Under the pieces are notes generated by a model that saw nothing but the letters and a program-made list of their open reading frames with translations, was not told the DNA's origin and ran no database searches. Below, one piece after another: positions 42,219 through 52,355 of a DNA stretch of 64,000 nucleotides. The stretch's first letter is position 1. Each line of letters starts with the position of its first letter. Position numbers and translations under genes: made by a program. This DNA comes from Bdellovibrionales bacterium (GTDB taxonomy: Bacteria > Bdellovibrionota > Bdellovibrionia > Bdellovibrionales > UBA1609): NCBI GenBank assembly GCA_965261545.1, contig CBDHDF010000011.1:896001-960000 (forward strand). The letters are read 5' to 3'.

Positions 42219-43779
42219 CTGGCACCTCCTTGGGGCTTTGGTTATTTGGATTTTCGTTATGTCGCAAATAAGGGTTGCCTTGTTTACGATCTATTTTCTC
42301 GTTCACCTTTTTTATTTTTTGCCCTTTATAGAAATGGAGTTGTTGCTGAAAATATCTAACCCTCCTTTTCTCCCACTGCTTGCAGTCCTCAAGGGCTTTG
42401 ATAATGAGAGGAAGGGACTTTTCCTTGCCCTCTTTCTGGATTTCTTTGTGACAGGAGCTTACAAAGCCCATAGCTCTTCTGAGATTTTCAATGGTCCCAC
42501 CCTGAAAAAGCTCCTCAATGAAGTTTTCAAGCTCTTTACAAATCATACTTGCTTGAATAAGAATGTTCTGGGGAGTGGCCTCCTTGTAGGCGCGACTGGG
42601 CTCCGGGAGGTGTTCGTTTTTGGTGATGTACTCTCCGAGTTTACCTTTGGTCCTCTTGTGGCGAGCGAGGAGCTGTTTTTGAAAGTAAATCTCCACACTC
42701 TCCACTCCAATTTTTACATCTACATACTCCCCTCGGTGCTGAAACGGAGCCGAGTAGAAGTTGGATTCAACGCTCACATGACAGTCTTGGTGGAGTTTTT
42801 TCTTCTCCCAACGTCCCCACCGGTAGGGAAAAGAAGGCAAGGGTTTTAAAGTTTTTACCTCTCGTTGAAATTTTTCATTGCGAGAGACCTTAAATCTTGT
42901 GTGAGGGCGAGCATTTATCTTCTCGCACACCTCCCTTAAAGCCTTATTAATTTGATCCAGACTGGTGAAGGTCTCTCGTCTGTACATAAACCTGAGGGCC
43001 CTTGTAACGAGCTTCACGGCATTCTCAGTAAGGCTTTTATCCTGGGGACGACGAACTCGAGCGGGAACAGCCACCGTGTCATAGTGTTCCAAAAGCTCTT
43101 GGTAGGATTTATTCAACTCTGGATCATACAAATGGGGTGTGTTCACTCCAGTCTTTAAATTATCAGGAACAACCACTCTCGGAACCCCACCGTAATATTC
43201 AAACATCAGAACGTGAGCGTGAAGAAAATCTTCACTAGATTCGCTCAAAGAGCCATAAGCAAAAATACGCTGAGAGAAACATAGATTTGAGCAAAATATA
43301 TGGGCCTTATGAATATTAAGGTCTTCATCGATCCACTCTGGCTGAAATCCTGCGTAATCAACCTCAACTTGGTGGCCTGGCTGAAAATCACGCAAGGTAA
43401 TAATCCTTTTGCCAGCTTTTGGAAATTGCTTATGAAACTCCCTCGTAAACTGGGGGTAGCTAATGACCTTCAGAAATTTTTCCTCCCAAACGTCACTTAA
43501 ACAATGCCTATCCTCAATCTCCTTCTCAATAATCTTCCAATCTATACCGTAAGACCAAGGGGGAATTTCTCTTTGGGTCTTCCAATCCTTGGGGTCTGTT
43601 AAAAGACCACGTCTTATCTTTCTAAGAGTCTTGGTGCAGCATTTCATGCGGCGACTGATTTCTCGGTCGGGAATATTTGCCTTTATTAATGATTTTATTT
43701 TTGTGTAACGCTCATGATCCATCTTTGTTCTCATTTCGACCTCCTTGGTTAAAGATTGGAGGTCTTTATAGAACATCAA
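42211..43779 (-). CDS. istA: IS21-family transposase IstA (start probably at 43734)
   Basis: PGHQVEVDYAG, VPDNLKTGV, PQDKSLTE, FYSAP. Confidence 0.93.
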   Translation of the reverse strand: MMFYKDLQSLTKEVEMRTKMDHERYTKIKSLIKANIPDREISRRMKCCTKTLRKIRRGLLTDPKDWKTQREIPPWSYGIDWKIIEKEIEDRHCLSDVWEEKFLKVISYPQFTREFHKQFPKAGKRIITLRDFQPGHQVEVDYAGFQPEWIDEDLNIHKAHIFCSNLCFSQRIFAYGSLSESSEDFLHAHVLMFEYYGGVPRVVVPDNLKTGVNTPHLYDPELNKSYQELLEHYDTVAVPARVRRPQDKSLTENAVKLVTRALRFMYRRETFTSLDQINKALREVCEKINARPHTRFKVSRNEKFQREVKTLKPLPSFPYRWGRWEKKKLHQDCHVSVESNFYSAPFQHRGEYVDVKIGVESVEIYFQKQLLARHKRTKGKLGEYITKNEHLPEPSRAYKEATPQNILIQASMICKELENFIEELFQGGTIENLRRAMGFVSSCHKEIQKEGKEKSLPLIIKALEDCKQWEKRRVRYFQQQLHFYKGQKIKKVNEKIDRKQGNPYLRHNENPNNQSPKEVPDG

Positions 43780-43832
43780 TGACGCTATGCTAAGGGGAAT
43801 CAGTCATGCCAATCAGTGCGGGCAATGCCATG

Positions 43833-45742
43833 GTTCGCCGGGCGAACTGAGATAAGATAGGGGGTTAGAGTCCCCCGAGAGGAAGGTCAACCGACCACTT
43901 CTCTCCCCAAGCCGTGCGCTGTCGGCCGTGAGGCCGAAGCGATGTATCGGTAGGGGTGTGTGTGGGCCAAATAATTGAGCGTCGAAAATGCCGAACTCTG
44001 GAGTGCGGAGGCTGTCATGGTAGCCGAACGCAACATACCCACCAGCGCTATGGTGAGTTGGTGGGTGACTCCACGGCGTCGTAGAAACTGGCACATACAT
44101 GAATCTTATCCCGGGACCTCGGGAGGTCTTTATTTAACCCCGTCATGTGCGACGGGCGACATGGGAAAGGAGGTAACCGTAACCCATGAACGAAATAAAG
44201 AAATCGGATCCACTCATAGTAGCGATGAAGAGGACGAACAAAGGGCCTACAAGCCCAGCGGAGTCCTTGGAGCGAAGGGGTGGAACTGAAGGGAACTCAA
44301 TCCGTCAAAGCATCTGCCGAACACAGAGTTGGGAAAAGGTGTCACAGGCGACGGAGCGAGTCCGTATAGCAGCAAAGAGAAAGGATGGTAAGCTCACTTG
44401 CTTGCTTCACCATGTATCTGTGGAAGCCCTCCACTTGGCTTACCTCTATTTGAATAGGGGAGCCAGTGCGGGAGTGGACCATTTAACATGGAAGGAGTAT
44501 GGCGAGAACCTCGTGCAAAACCTGTTCGATTTACATCGTCGGGTCCACACGGGTGCTTACAAAGGGCAACCTGTCTTGCGGGTAGAAATACCCAAGTCAG
44601 ACGGGGGCACAAGACCCTTGGGTGTCCTGGCCTTGGAGGACAAGATTGTCCAGAAGGCCGTTGTAGACAGCATCCTCTCTCCCATCTACGAGGAACATTT
44701 CCTCGGTTATAGCTACGGATTCCGTCCAGGGCGTGGAGCGCATAATGCGTTGGATGCTCTGGCTTACGGAATAGAGCGTAGAAAGATCAGCTACATATTG
44801 GATGCGGATATAAAATCCTACTTCGATAGCGTGGATAGAAAGACTCTAATTCGCTTTCTAAAACACCTCATCGGAGATGAGAGACTCATTCGTCTCTTTG
44901 AAAAGTGGCTCAAGTGCGGAGTGCTATCTCAAGGCGTCTTAGAAGACACAGGGAGAGGGACCGTTCAAGGTTCAAATATTTCCCCTATCTTCGCCAACAT
45001 ATATTTACATTATGTGTTGGATTTATGGATGCAGAAATGGCGCAAGGACCATGCCACAGGGGACATGATATTTGTTCGCTACGCCGATGACTTTGTCGTA
45101 GGCTTTCAATACAAGGGGGAAGCTGAACGCTTCCTCAATGATCTGAAGCGCAGGCTTAAGGAGTTTTCTCTAGAAATACATCCGGGGAAAACTCGCCTCA
45201 TAGAGTTCGGTCGATTTGCAAATGCAAATTGCCGCCGACGAGGTCTTGGTCACTCCGAGACTTTTGATTTCTTAGGATTCACTCACTTTTGTGTGCGCAC
45301 GAGGAAAGGAGGCTTTAGGATAGGGCGTAAACCCATATCCAAGAGAGTCTGCCGGACCTTACAGCACCTGAAGCTGAGTCTGAGAAAACGAGTCTACACG
45401 AGGGACCTAGCGGAATGTGCAAAGTGGTTGGGTTTGGTCATCAAAGGCTGGCTCAATTATTTTGCGGTTCCAGGAAGTACGGTGTACCTACGAAAATTTA
45501 TTTGCGCAATCAGGAGTGCTTGGATGAAAGCCATCCGACGACGCTCACAGCGTGGACGGAGATTCTCGTGGAAGAGGTTGGATAGAATGATTCGTCTATT
45601 CTGGCCTCGTATATCCATACGCCACCCGTGGCCAACAGATAGGTTCGCTATGCGGTACCACCTGAAGTAGGAGCCGGATGCTTTAACGAGCACGTCCGGA
45701 TCTGTGCGGGGGGTGCGTGGCAACACGCATTCCTACCGTAAC
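43833..45742 (+). mobile_element. Group II intron copy 1 (1910 nt, class E-like)
   Basis: 5' GTTCG, 3' CCTACCGTAAC; DV GAGCCGGATGCTTTAACGAGCACGTCCGGATC; removing it restores one 23-bp repeat unit. Confidence 0.93.
44186..45670 (+). CDS. ltrA: Group II intron reverse transcriptase/maturase, no endonuclease domain
   Basis: AGVD, IPKSDGGTRPLG, SYGFRPGR, DADIKSYFD, GTVQG, RYADDF, FDFLGF, GWLNYF. Confidence 0.96.
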   Translation: MNEIKKSDPLIVAMKRTNKGPTSPAESLERRGGTEGNSIRQSICRTQSWEKVSQATERVRIAAKRKDGKLTCLLHHVSVEALHLAYLYLNRGASAGVDHLTWKEYGENLVQNLFDLHRRVHTGAYKGQPVLRVEIPKSDGGTRPLGVLALEDKIVQKAVVDSILSPIYEEHFLGYSYGFRPGRGAHNALDALAYGIERRKISYILDADIKSYFDSVDRKTLIRFLKHLIGDERLIRLFEKWLKCGVLSQGVLEDTGRGTVQGSNISPIFANIYLHYVLDLWMQKWRKDHATGDMIFVRYADDFVVGFQYKGEAERFLNDLKRRLKEFSLEIHPGKTRLIEFGRFANANCRRRGLGHSETFDFLGFTHFCVRTRKGGFRIGRKPISKRVCRTLQHLKLSLRKRVYTRDLAECAKWLGLVIKGWLNYFAVPGSTVYLRKFICAIRSAWMKAIRRRSQRGRRFSWKRLDRMIRLFWPRISIRHPWPTDRFAMRYHLK

Positions 45743-45880
45743 CAACTGGTGCGGGCAATGCCATGCAACTGGTGCGGGCAATGCCATGCAACTGGTGAGG
45801 GTAATGCCATGCAACTGGTGAGGGTAATGCCATGCAACTGGTGAGGGTAATGTCATGCAATCGGTGAGGGCAATGCCATG
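45743..45880. repeat. 138-bp tandem array (6 x 23 bp) of IS21-C terminal repeats
   Basis: Unit GTGMGGGYAATGCCATGCAACTG; inverted, degenerate copies at the other IS end (41336-41388). Confidence 0.93.
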
Positions 45881-47790
45881 GTTCGCCGGGCGAACTGAGA
45901 TAAGATAGGGGGTTAGAGTCCCCCGAGAGGAAGGTCAACCGACCACTTCTCTCCCCAAGCCGTGCGCTGTCGGCCGTGAGGCCGAAGCGATGTATCGGTA
46001 GGGGTGTGTGTGGGCCAAATAATTGAGCGTCGAAAATGCCGAACTCTGGAGTGCGGAGGCTGTCATGGTAGCCGAACGCAACATACCCACCAGCGCTATG
46101 GTGAGTTGGTGGGTGACTCCACGGCGTCGTAGAAACTGGCACATACATGAATCTTATCCCGGGACCTCGGGAGGTCTTTATTTAACCCCGTCATGTGCGA
46201 CGGGCGACATGGGAAAGGAGGTAACCGTAACCCATGAACGAAATAAAGAAATCGGATCCACTCATAGTAGCGATGAAGAGGACGAACAAAGGGCCTACAA
46301 GCCCAGCGGAGTCCTTGGAGCGAAGGGGTGGAACTGAAGGGAACTCAATCCGTCAAAGCATCTGCCGAACACAGAGTTGGGAAAAGGTGTCACAGGCGAC
46401 GGAGCGAGTCCGTATAGCAGCAAAGAGAAAGGATGGTAAGCTCACTTGCTTGCTTCACCATGTATCTGTGGAAGCCCTCCACTTGGCTTACCTCTATTTG
46501 AATAGGGGAGCCAGTGCGGGAGTGGACCATTTAACATGGAAGGAGTATGGCGAGAACCTCGTGCAAAACCTGTTCGATTTACATCGTCGGGTCCACACGG
46601 GTGCTTACAAAGGGCAACCTGTCTTGCGGGTAGAAATACCCAAGTCAGACGGGGGCACAAGACCCTTGGGTGTCCTGGCCTTGGAGGACAAGATTGTCCA
46701 GAAGGCCGTTGTAGACAGCATCCTCTCTCCCATCTACGAGGAACATTTCCTCGGTTATAGCTACGGATTCCGTCCAGGGCGTGGAGCGCATAATGCGTTG
46801 GATGCTCTGGCTTACGGAATAGAGCGTAGAAAGATCAGCTACATATTGGATGCGGATATAAAATCCTACTTCGATAGCGTGGATAGAAAGACTCTAATTC
46901 GCTTTCTAAAACACCTCATCGGAGATGAGAGACTCATTCGTCTCTTTGAAAAGTGGCTCAAGTGCGGAGTGCTATCTCAAGGCGTCTTAGAAGACACAGG
47001 GAGAGGGACCGTTCAAGGTTCAAATATTTCCCCTATCTTCGCCAACATATATTTACATTATGTGTTGGATTTATGGATGCAGAAATGGCGCAAGGACCAT
47101 GCCACAGGGGACATGATATTTGTTCGCTACGCCGATGACTTTGTCGTAGGCTTTCAATACAAGGGGGAAGCTGAACGCTTCCTCAATGATCTGAAGCGCA
47201 GGCTTAAGGAGTTTTCTCTAGAAATACATCCGGGGAAAACTCGCCTCATAGAGTTCGGTCGATTTGCAAATGCAAATTGCCGCCGACGAGGTCTTGGTCA
47301 CTCCGAGACTTTTGATTTCTTAGGATTCACTCACTTTTGTGTGCGCACGAGGAAAGGAGGCTTTAGGATAGGGCGTAAACCCATATCCAAGAGAGTCTGC
47401 CGGACCTTACAGCACCTGAAGCTGAGTCTGAGAAAACGAGTCTACACGAGGGACCTAGCGGAATGTGCAAAGTGGTTGGGTTTGGTCATCAAAGGCTGGC
47501 TCAATTATTTTGCGGTTCCAGGAAGTACGGTGTACCTACGAAAATTTATTTGCGCAATCAGGAGTGCTTGGATGAAAGCCATCCGACGACGCTCACAGCG
47601 TGGACGGAGATTCTCGTGGAAGAGGTTGGATAGAATGATTCGTCTATTCTGGCCTCGTATATCCATACGCCACCCGTGGCCAACAGATAGGTTCGCTATG
47701 CGGTACCACCTGAAGTAGGAGCCGGATGCTTTAACGAGCACGTCCGGATCTGTGCGGGGGGTGCGTGGCAACACGCATTCCTACCGTAAC
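45881..47790 (+). mobile_element. Group II intron copy 2 (1910 nt)
   Basis: Apparently identical to copy 1; sits between GCCATG and CAATTTTACA, the terminal unit of the IS. Confidence 0.93.
46234..47718 (+). CDS. ltrA: Group II intron reverse transcriptase/maturase
   Basis: Same protein as 44186-45670. Confidence 0.96.
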   Translation: MNEIKKSDPLIVAMKRTNKGPTSPAESLERRGGTEGNSIRQSICRTQSWEKVSQATERVRIAAKRKDGKLTCLLHHVSVEALHLAYLYLNRGASAGVDHLTWKEYGENLVQNLFDLHRRVHTGAYKGQPVLRVEIPKSDGGTRPLGVLALEDKIVQKAVVDSILSPIYEEHFLGYSYGFRPGRGAHNALDALAYGIERRKISYILDADIKSYFDSVDRKTLIRFLKHLIGDERLIRLFEKWLKCGVLSQGVLEDTGRGTVQGSNISPIFANIYLHYVLDLWMQKWRKDHATGDMIFVRYADDFVVGFQYKGEAERFLNDLKRRLKEFSLEIHPGKTRLIEFGRFANANCRRRGLGHSETFDFLGFTHFCVRTRKGGFRIGRKPISKRVCRTLQHLKLSLRKRVYTRDLAECAKWLGLVIKGWLNYFAVPGSTVYLRKFICAIRSAWMKAIRRRSQRGRRFSWKRLDRMIRLFWPRISIRHPWPTDRFAMRYHLK

Positions 47791-48781
47791 CAATTTTACA
47801 AGTAATAGCATAACTCTCTACGATAGGCTTTATTTATCTACAGAGATTATTAAGGCCCATGCTCAAGCCAGTAACTTCTTTATTGCGCGTTGTAAGCGAG
47901 GCTCTACTTTTATCCCCATTGTAAATTTATTTAATGGCCCAGGTTGGTATTCACGAATGGTTATTGAGGGGGTGGTCATTCATCTCTATAAGTATAAAAA
48001 CCCAAAGACTGGGGAGTTCTCTGTTTTGGCCACTAATCTTCCGCATGGCTCCTTGGACAAGAAGGATATGGTTGCTCTTTACTCTCGTCGTTGGGAAATA
48101 GAAACGACATTTCGTGATTTTACATCGACAATGAAAATGGAGCAGTGGCACTCAACAAGCCTTAATGGAATATTGCAAGAGCTGTATTCTTATTTTTGGC
48201 TCTTCAATTATACAAAGATTCAAATGAGCATAAATGAGGATGAAGACAGTGTGAATCAGTTGGTAAAAAATGACTACAAAAAACCTAACTTTAAACTGAT
48301 TCTTGATTTCATAATGGATAGCATCCCTCTTTTTGTTGCGGGGCTCTATCAGAAATTTAGGAAGCAGATAAAGTTGCTGATGAAGATTTCAATGGAGAAG
48401 AGGAGGCACTTCAAAAGAAGCTATGAAAGGTCTATCAAAAGGGCTGGGAGTTCTTTTAAAAGAAATAGCTTAACGCAGAGGCAGAGGGGTGTGGTGGCTT
48501 AAGGAAACGGCATTGAGCCATGGCCCCAGAGCTTCTCACTTTTACAGCCGGGATTTTGGCACTTACATGGCCTCTTCCAATTGTAATTCTTACCTTCTTT
48601 TACAAGGTCATCCGTTGATACAAAAGTAGCTAAAATCATAACACCTCCTGATGCAGAGTATTAAACTCATGGGGAGGTTATGACAAGACTTAGTCAAGGG
48701 AATGTAATAATTCTTTAGGGATGGTCAAAGAAAAATAAAAAATAAAGGCGAATTCTAGTCAGAATAAAGTATCGTATAACA

Positions 48782-49315
48782 CCCCTCTGTGCAGGAAGCT
48801 GTATAGCCAAGTTCATCACAAGCAATAAGATCAAAACGGTCTAATTTCTTAAAAAGAGCATTCAATGAGAGTTCTTTCTTGCTTTCACGCATTGTTTCAA
48901 TAAGTTCATGAGTGGTGACCCATAAACATCGATAGCCTTGTTCACAGAGTGAACGAACTAGGGACATGGCCAAATGACTTTTCCCCATTCCAAAGCTTCC
49001 GTAAAACACAACATTACAGGCTTTTCTGACCCACTCTCCCTCTGCCATCCAATTAATTTGCTGAGCTGTCACTCCCGTTCTTTTCTGGAAGTTATAAGTT
49101 TGGAGTGATTTAAGTTGAGGAAGCTTGGCCCCCTTAAGCAATCTTTTCACTCTCTGGGAATGCTTGTCAGCAAGCTCATTTTGAACGAGTATACCTAAAT
49201 ACTGTTCATACGTCTTTTTTGTTTTTTCGGCAACTCTAGCCGTTGCAACATATTCATCCGCCATCGCTGGAAGTCGGAGTTTTTTAAGAGAACCTATAAG
49301 TTCTTCGTGATTCAT
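48782..49315 (-). pseudogene. istB: IstB, C-terminally truncated
   Basis: Stops after DELGYTASCTEG at the neighbouring TIR. Confidence 0.88.
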
Positions 49316-50777
49316 TAAGAACCTCCTATGTTTGGAACAAGACTGTCATATTGAGACAATCTAGGTTGAAGTGGTTTTTGTTGGTCATTCAAATTAATTT
49401 TGGTGGGATTGCCTAAGAGCAAATCTTTTATGGATTTAAAGTCGAAAATCTCACGACTTTCTAATTGAAGCTCCATGGCTGTAGATAAGTCCTGCCAACT
49501 CACATGCTGAATCAAGTTGATAACTCTTAAATATTCATGCTCGGCACGGCTTGAATCTTGTTGCTTGAGGTATTGATAAAAATTTTCAAACACATTTGTT
49601 GGAAAAAGAATGGATCGGTGAGCCCATCTTACCATGGCTTGCGGCTTACGAACTAAAGAAGGAAGGATATGTTCAAGAAGAAGACTATGCTCCCCATCAG
49701 GTTTTCTTTGATGGCGAGCGACAATTTCTTGCTTCCCTCCTGCACGATAGATCGTGACATGATAGGGACCCTGTACGGTTTTACAGGGAGATTGGATCAC
49801 CTCATCAGGTATGGAATATGTGGTTTTACCTATTCTCAAAGTCCCATAACCATTACTTTGACAAATATTCACCTTACAGAGAATATCTTCATCTCGTGGA
49901 GGCAAAGGCTTAAGAACTTTGGCCTCCTCCTCAAAGCGAGATTTGGTGGAGTCACTCTGATGCTGATCCATATAAGACTCTAAAAACTGATTCAAATGAT
50001 CCCAGTCTTTAAAAACAATTCCTTTGTTTCTAACAATATTTTTTATCCGAGAACTGAAGGTTCGAATATCACGCTCCACATCTCCCTTGTCAGAGCCCTT
50101 CCCTGCGCGGCAGGGAAGAACCTTAAATCCATAGTATTGGATGGCTCGATCAAAAGATTGGGTGTAAATTCGCTGATTTCCTTTAAGAACTTTCTTCACA
50201 CAGGGAGATAAATTATCAATACGGATGTTCGCACTCATCCCACCTATCTTTTCAAAAAAAGCATGCACCCCATCGATGAAACACTCATAGACAAGAAAGG
50301 GGTAGGCACGAACCCAACAGGTGCCACTACAAGGCAATGTTCCAAAATGGAGATGAACGGAACACCATCGGCAAATGGTAAAGCAACCTTCTCCTTAAAA
50401 TCAAACTGAGCCTGTTCTCCAGGATCATATCTTTGGCTGAAAAAACGCTCCTTGGGGCGAGAACCAAGAATCTCACAAACTCTTCTCTGAACCGTTCTCT
50501 CACTCCCACGATAACCCTCCTCAACTAATAGCTCATATATTTCACGGGCGGTGTTACTTGGGTTCAACTTCAAAAAGTACTTCACCCGATCCATATATCC
50601 ATTAAGGGGATCTGGGCGAGTTCTTTTGGACCTCGCCTTGTACTTCGGTGGGGTGTTGGACTCACAGTACTTGCGCACCGTCTTACGATTGATCCCTAAT
50701 TCACGAGATATTTCTGTCTTATTTTTACCACTGTGACTCAGGTCACGAATGCGGCCGAAAGTGTATTGACTAATCAT
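49315..50777 (-). pseudogene. istA: IstA with a 4-bp deletion frameshift near 50359
   Basis: GAACG----GAACACC here versus GAACGATCTGAACACC at about 27617. Confidence 0.88.
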
Positions 50778-51344
50778 AAGATCCTCCTCATTGCTAACCT
50801 TTTGAGTTGCAAAAGGGAGGGACTCTGTGAGCTTAGTATCTATATCAGAAGAAGAGACTTCATTGTCTAGTATTTGAACACTCCCTGAAGATTGGTCACT
50901 TTTCATTGGCGACAACCTCCATATTGAAAGTGGGACATTTTAATTGGCGACGGCTTTAAGGGAAGCCTGTCTTTAGAAAGAAATTCCATGAAAATTGAGG
51001 CAAATGTTGGAATCTTGTGGAATTTAAATACTTTAGAAAATGGGCACAGCCTAAACAGGCTTTTCTTGACTATATATTTAACCTCATTGAAATCCAGAAA
51101 CAGTCTACAAATGACAAATATGGAACCTGAATAGGCTGTCATGGAAGGACTCTCCAACACGGAGCCCCTTTCCAGGTCGACAAGAACCCAAAAGGAGTTC
51201 TTATCAGCTCGGAGCCTTTTTATGAGTAATATCAATTGATTATATGCGTCTCGGTTGACAATGCCAAAAATCACCATAGGTCCTCCTCTGAAAAGTGGCC
51301 ACTTTTCATTGGCGACGGTGGGGCATTTTAATTGTCAGCTAACA

Positions 51345-51884
51345 ACACTCATCTTGAACTTCCGTTAACAAAATATCGGATTTCATGTGATATTCAAAAT
51401 CCTCTATGGTGAATCCATAGGATTTTACAATGTGAATTATTCTGGCCTTCTCCAACCCAACCCGACCACTCTCAATATGACCGATTGCATCCTTATGATA
51501 ACCACATGAAAAGCTGGCTTTGCGTTGACTAAGACTTTTTAAATTTCTCAAAACCTTTAACACTTGAACCTCTTTGGTGATGATTTTTTTGAGAAATCGT
51601 CGGTCTCTTCTATCATCAATAGGCTTTTCTTTTTTGTGACAAAACCTCTTTTGGATTTGTTCACTTTTACCCTCACGGCATAACAAAAAGTCCTTATAGG
51701 TCAGCCCATAGGCCCTGACAGTTCGTTCAATTCGGGGTCTGATTATGATCGTTCTCCCATTTTCAAATTTTTCAACGGTCTTGTGGCCTATGCCCAAAAG
51801 AACCCCTGCCTCTTTACGACTTAGTCCTCGAATCTCACGCAATTTCTTCAACGCAACTGCGTTAATCTTTCCTTCGTATCCCAT
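51345..51884 (-). pseudogene. Double XRE-HTH regulator, 3' end cut by IS21-A
   Basis: Two HTH_3-like units (LKKLREIRGLSRKEA...FENGR; LRNLKSLSQ...IESGR); the stop codon comes from the IS end. Confidence 0.75.
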
Positions 51885-52355
51885 CTTTTTTCTCCTTGAG
51901 ACTCTTTCGTAGCCTCTACTGTGCTAGCCCCCCACTAGCCGCAGGCGTAGCCATTTTTGCTAGTGAGGCACTACAAATTTTTATTAGAAAATTCAGTTGG
52001 TTAGGAAGAAACTGTTGCTACGATCTCCCGAAAAAATCTTCTTGCTACGGGCTTAGCCAAACACTTAGCCAAAATTAGCAAACGTAGGAATTTTTGGGAA
52101 ATGCTGAGAAATGTCATAGAGAGTGAGTGAGAGCTAACCCATTGAAACCATTTGATAGTTATTTCAAATAGTTAAGTTTGATTTCAAAAATCTGCAAAAA
52201 ACCATTGCCGAAATATGGAGCGCACTTGATTATACAAGTCATTCCAGAAACTTAGCTTGATTAAACAGACAAAAACAGCCTTTTAAAGACATACTGAGAA
52301 ACACTCTTTTTGCTCTGGAAAAGGCTCTGGTGGCCATTTCCAAGAAAAAAACTAC

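Larger units (their letters stand above)
41336..47800 (-). mobile_element. IS21-family element IS21-C with two group II introns in its left-end repeats
   Basis: Ends TGTACAATTG... and ...CAATTTTACA; 6-bp TSD AGTAAT (41330-41335 and 47801-47806). Confidence 0.92.
38476..48515 (+). mobile_element. IS4-A copy interrupted by ISC copy 4 and IS21-C
   Basis: TIRs at both ends; 10-bp TSD AGCCATGGCC; transposase pieces 38833-39067, 41220-41335 and 47807-48502. Confidence 0.93.
38140..48639 (-). pseudogene. DUF6431-like zinc-binding protein split by IS4-A (48526-48639 plus 38140-38475)
   Basis: Rejoined sequence MILATFVSTDDLVKEGKNYNWKRPCKCQNPGCKSEKLWGHGYVKRY...RWRCPHC; SD AGGAGGT. Confidence 0.75.
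35381..48781 (-). mobile_element. Three-gene transposon (DUF6431-like zinc protein, DDE integrase, ExeA-like ATPase) with nested insertions
   Basis: Imperfect 24-bp TIRs TGTGATCCAATACTTTATTTTGAC and GTCAGAATAAAGTATCGTATAACA; both truncate neighbouring genes; no TSD. Confidence 0.75.
48782..51344 (-). mobile_element. IS21-A second copy, right end deleted
   Basis: Colinear with the reconstructed 18852-28609 copy; left terminus ...GCTAACA at 51344. Confidence 0.92.

Noticed and set aside
43816..43832. Intron 5' end at the canonical-looking GTGCG
   Set aside because: That GTGCG belongs to the target repeat (GTGAG before copy 2). Only a GTTCG start restores the 23-bp unit and fits the EBS1 pairing.
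45743..45880. CRISPR array or RT-associated spacer array
   Set aside because: The units are contiguous with no spacers and no cas genes; inverted copies at the other IS21-C end identify them as IS terminal repeats.
43833..47790. Twintron, DGR or retron RT
   Set aside because: The introns are side by side, not nested. The RT has maturase domain X followed by DV/DVI, and no template/variable repeat pair was seen.
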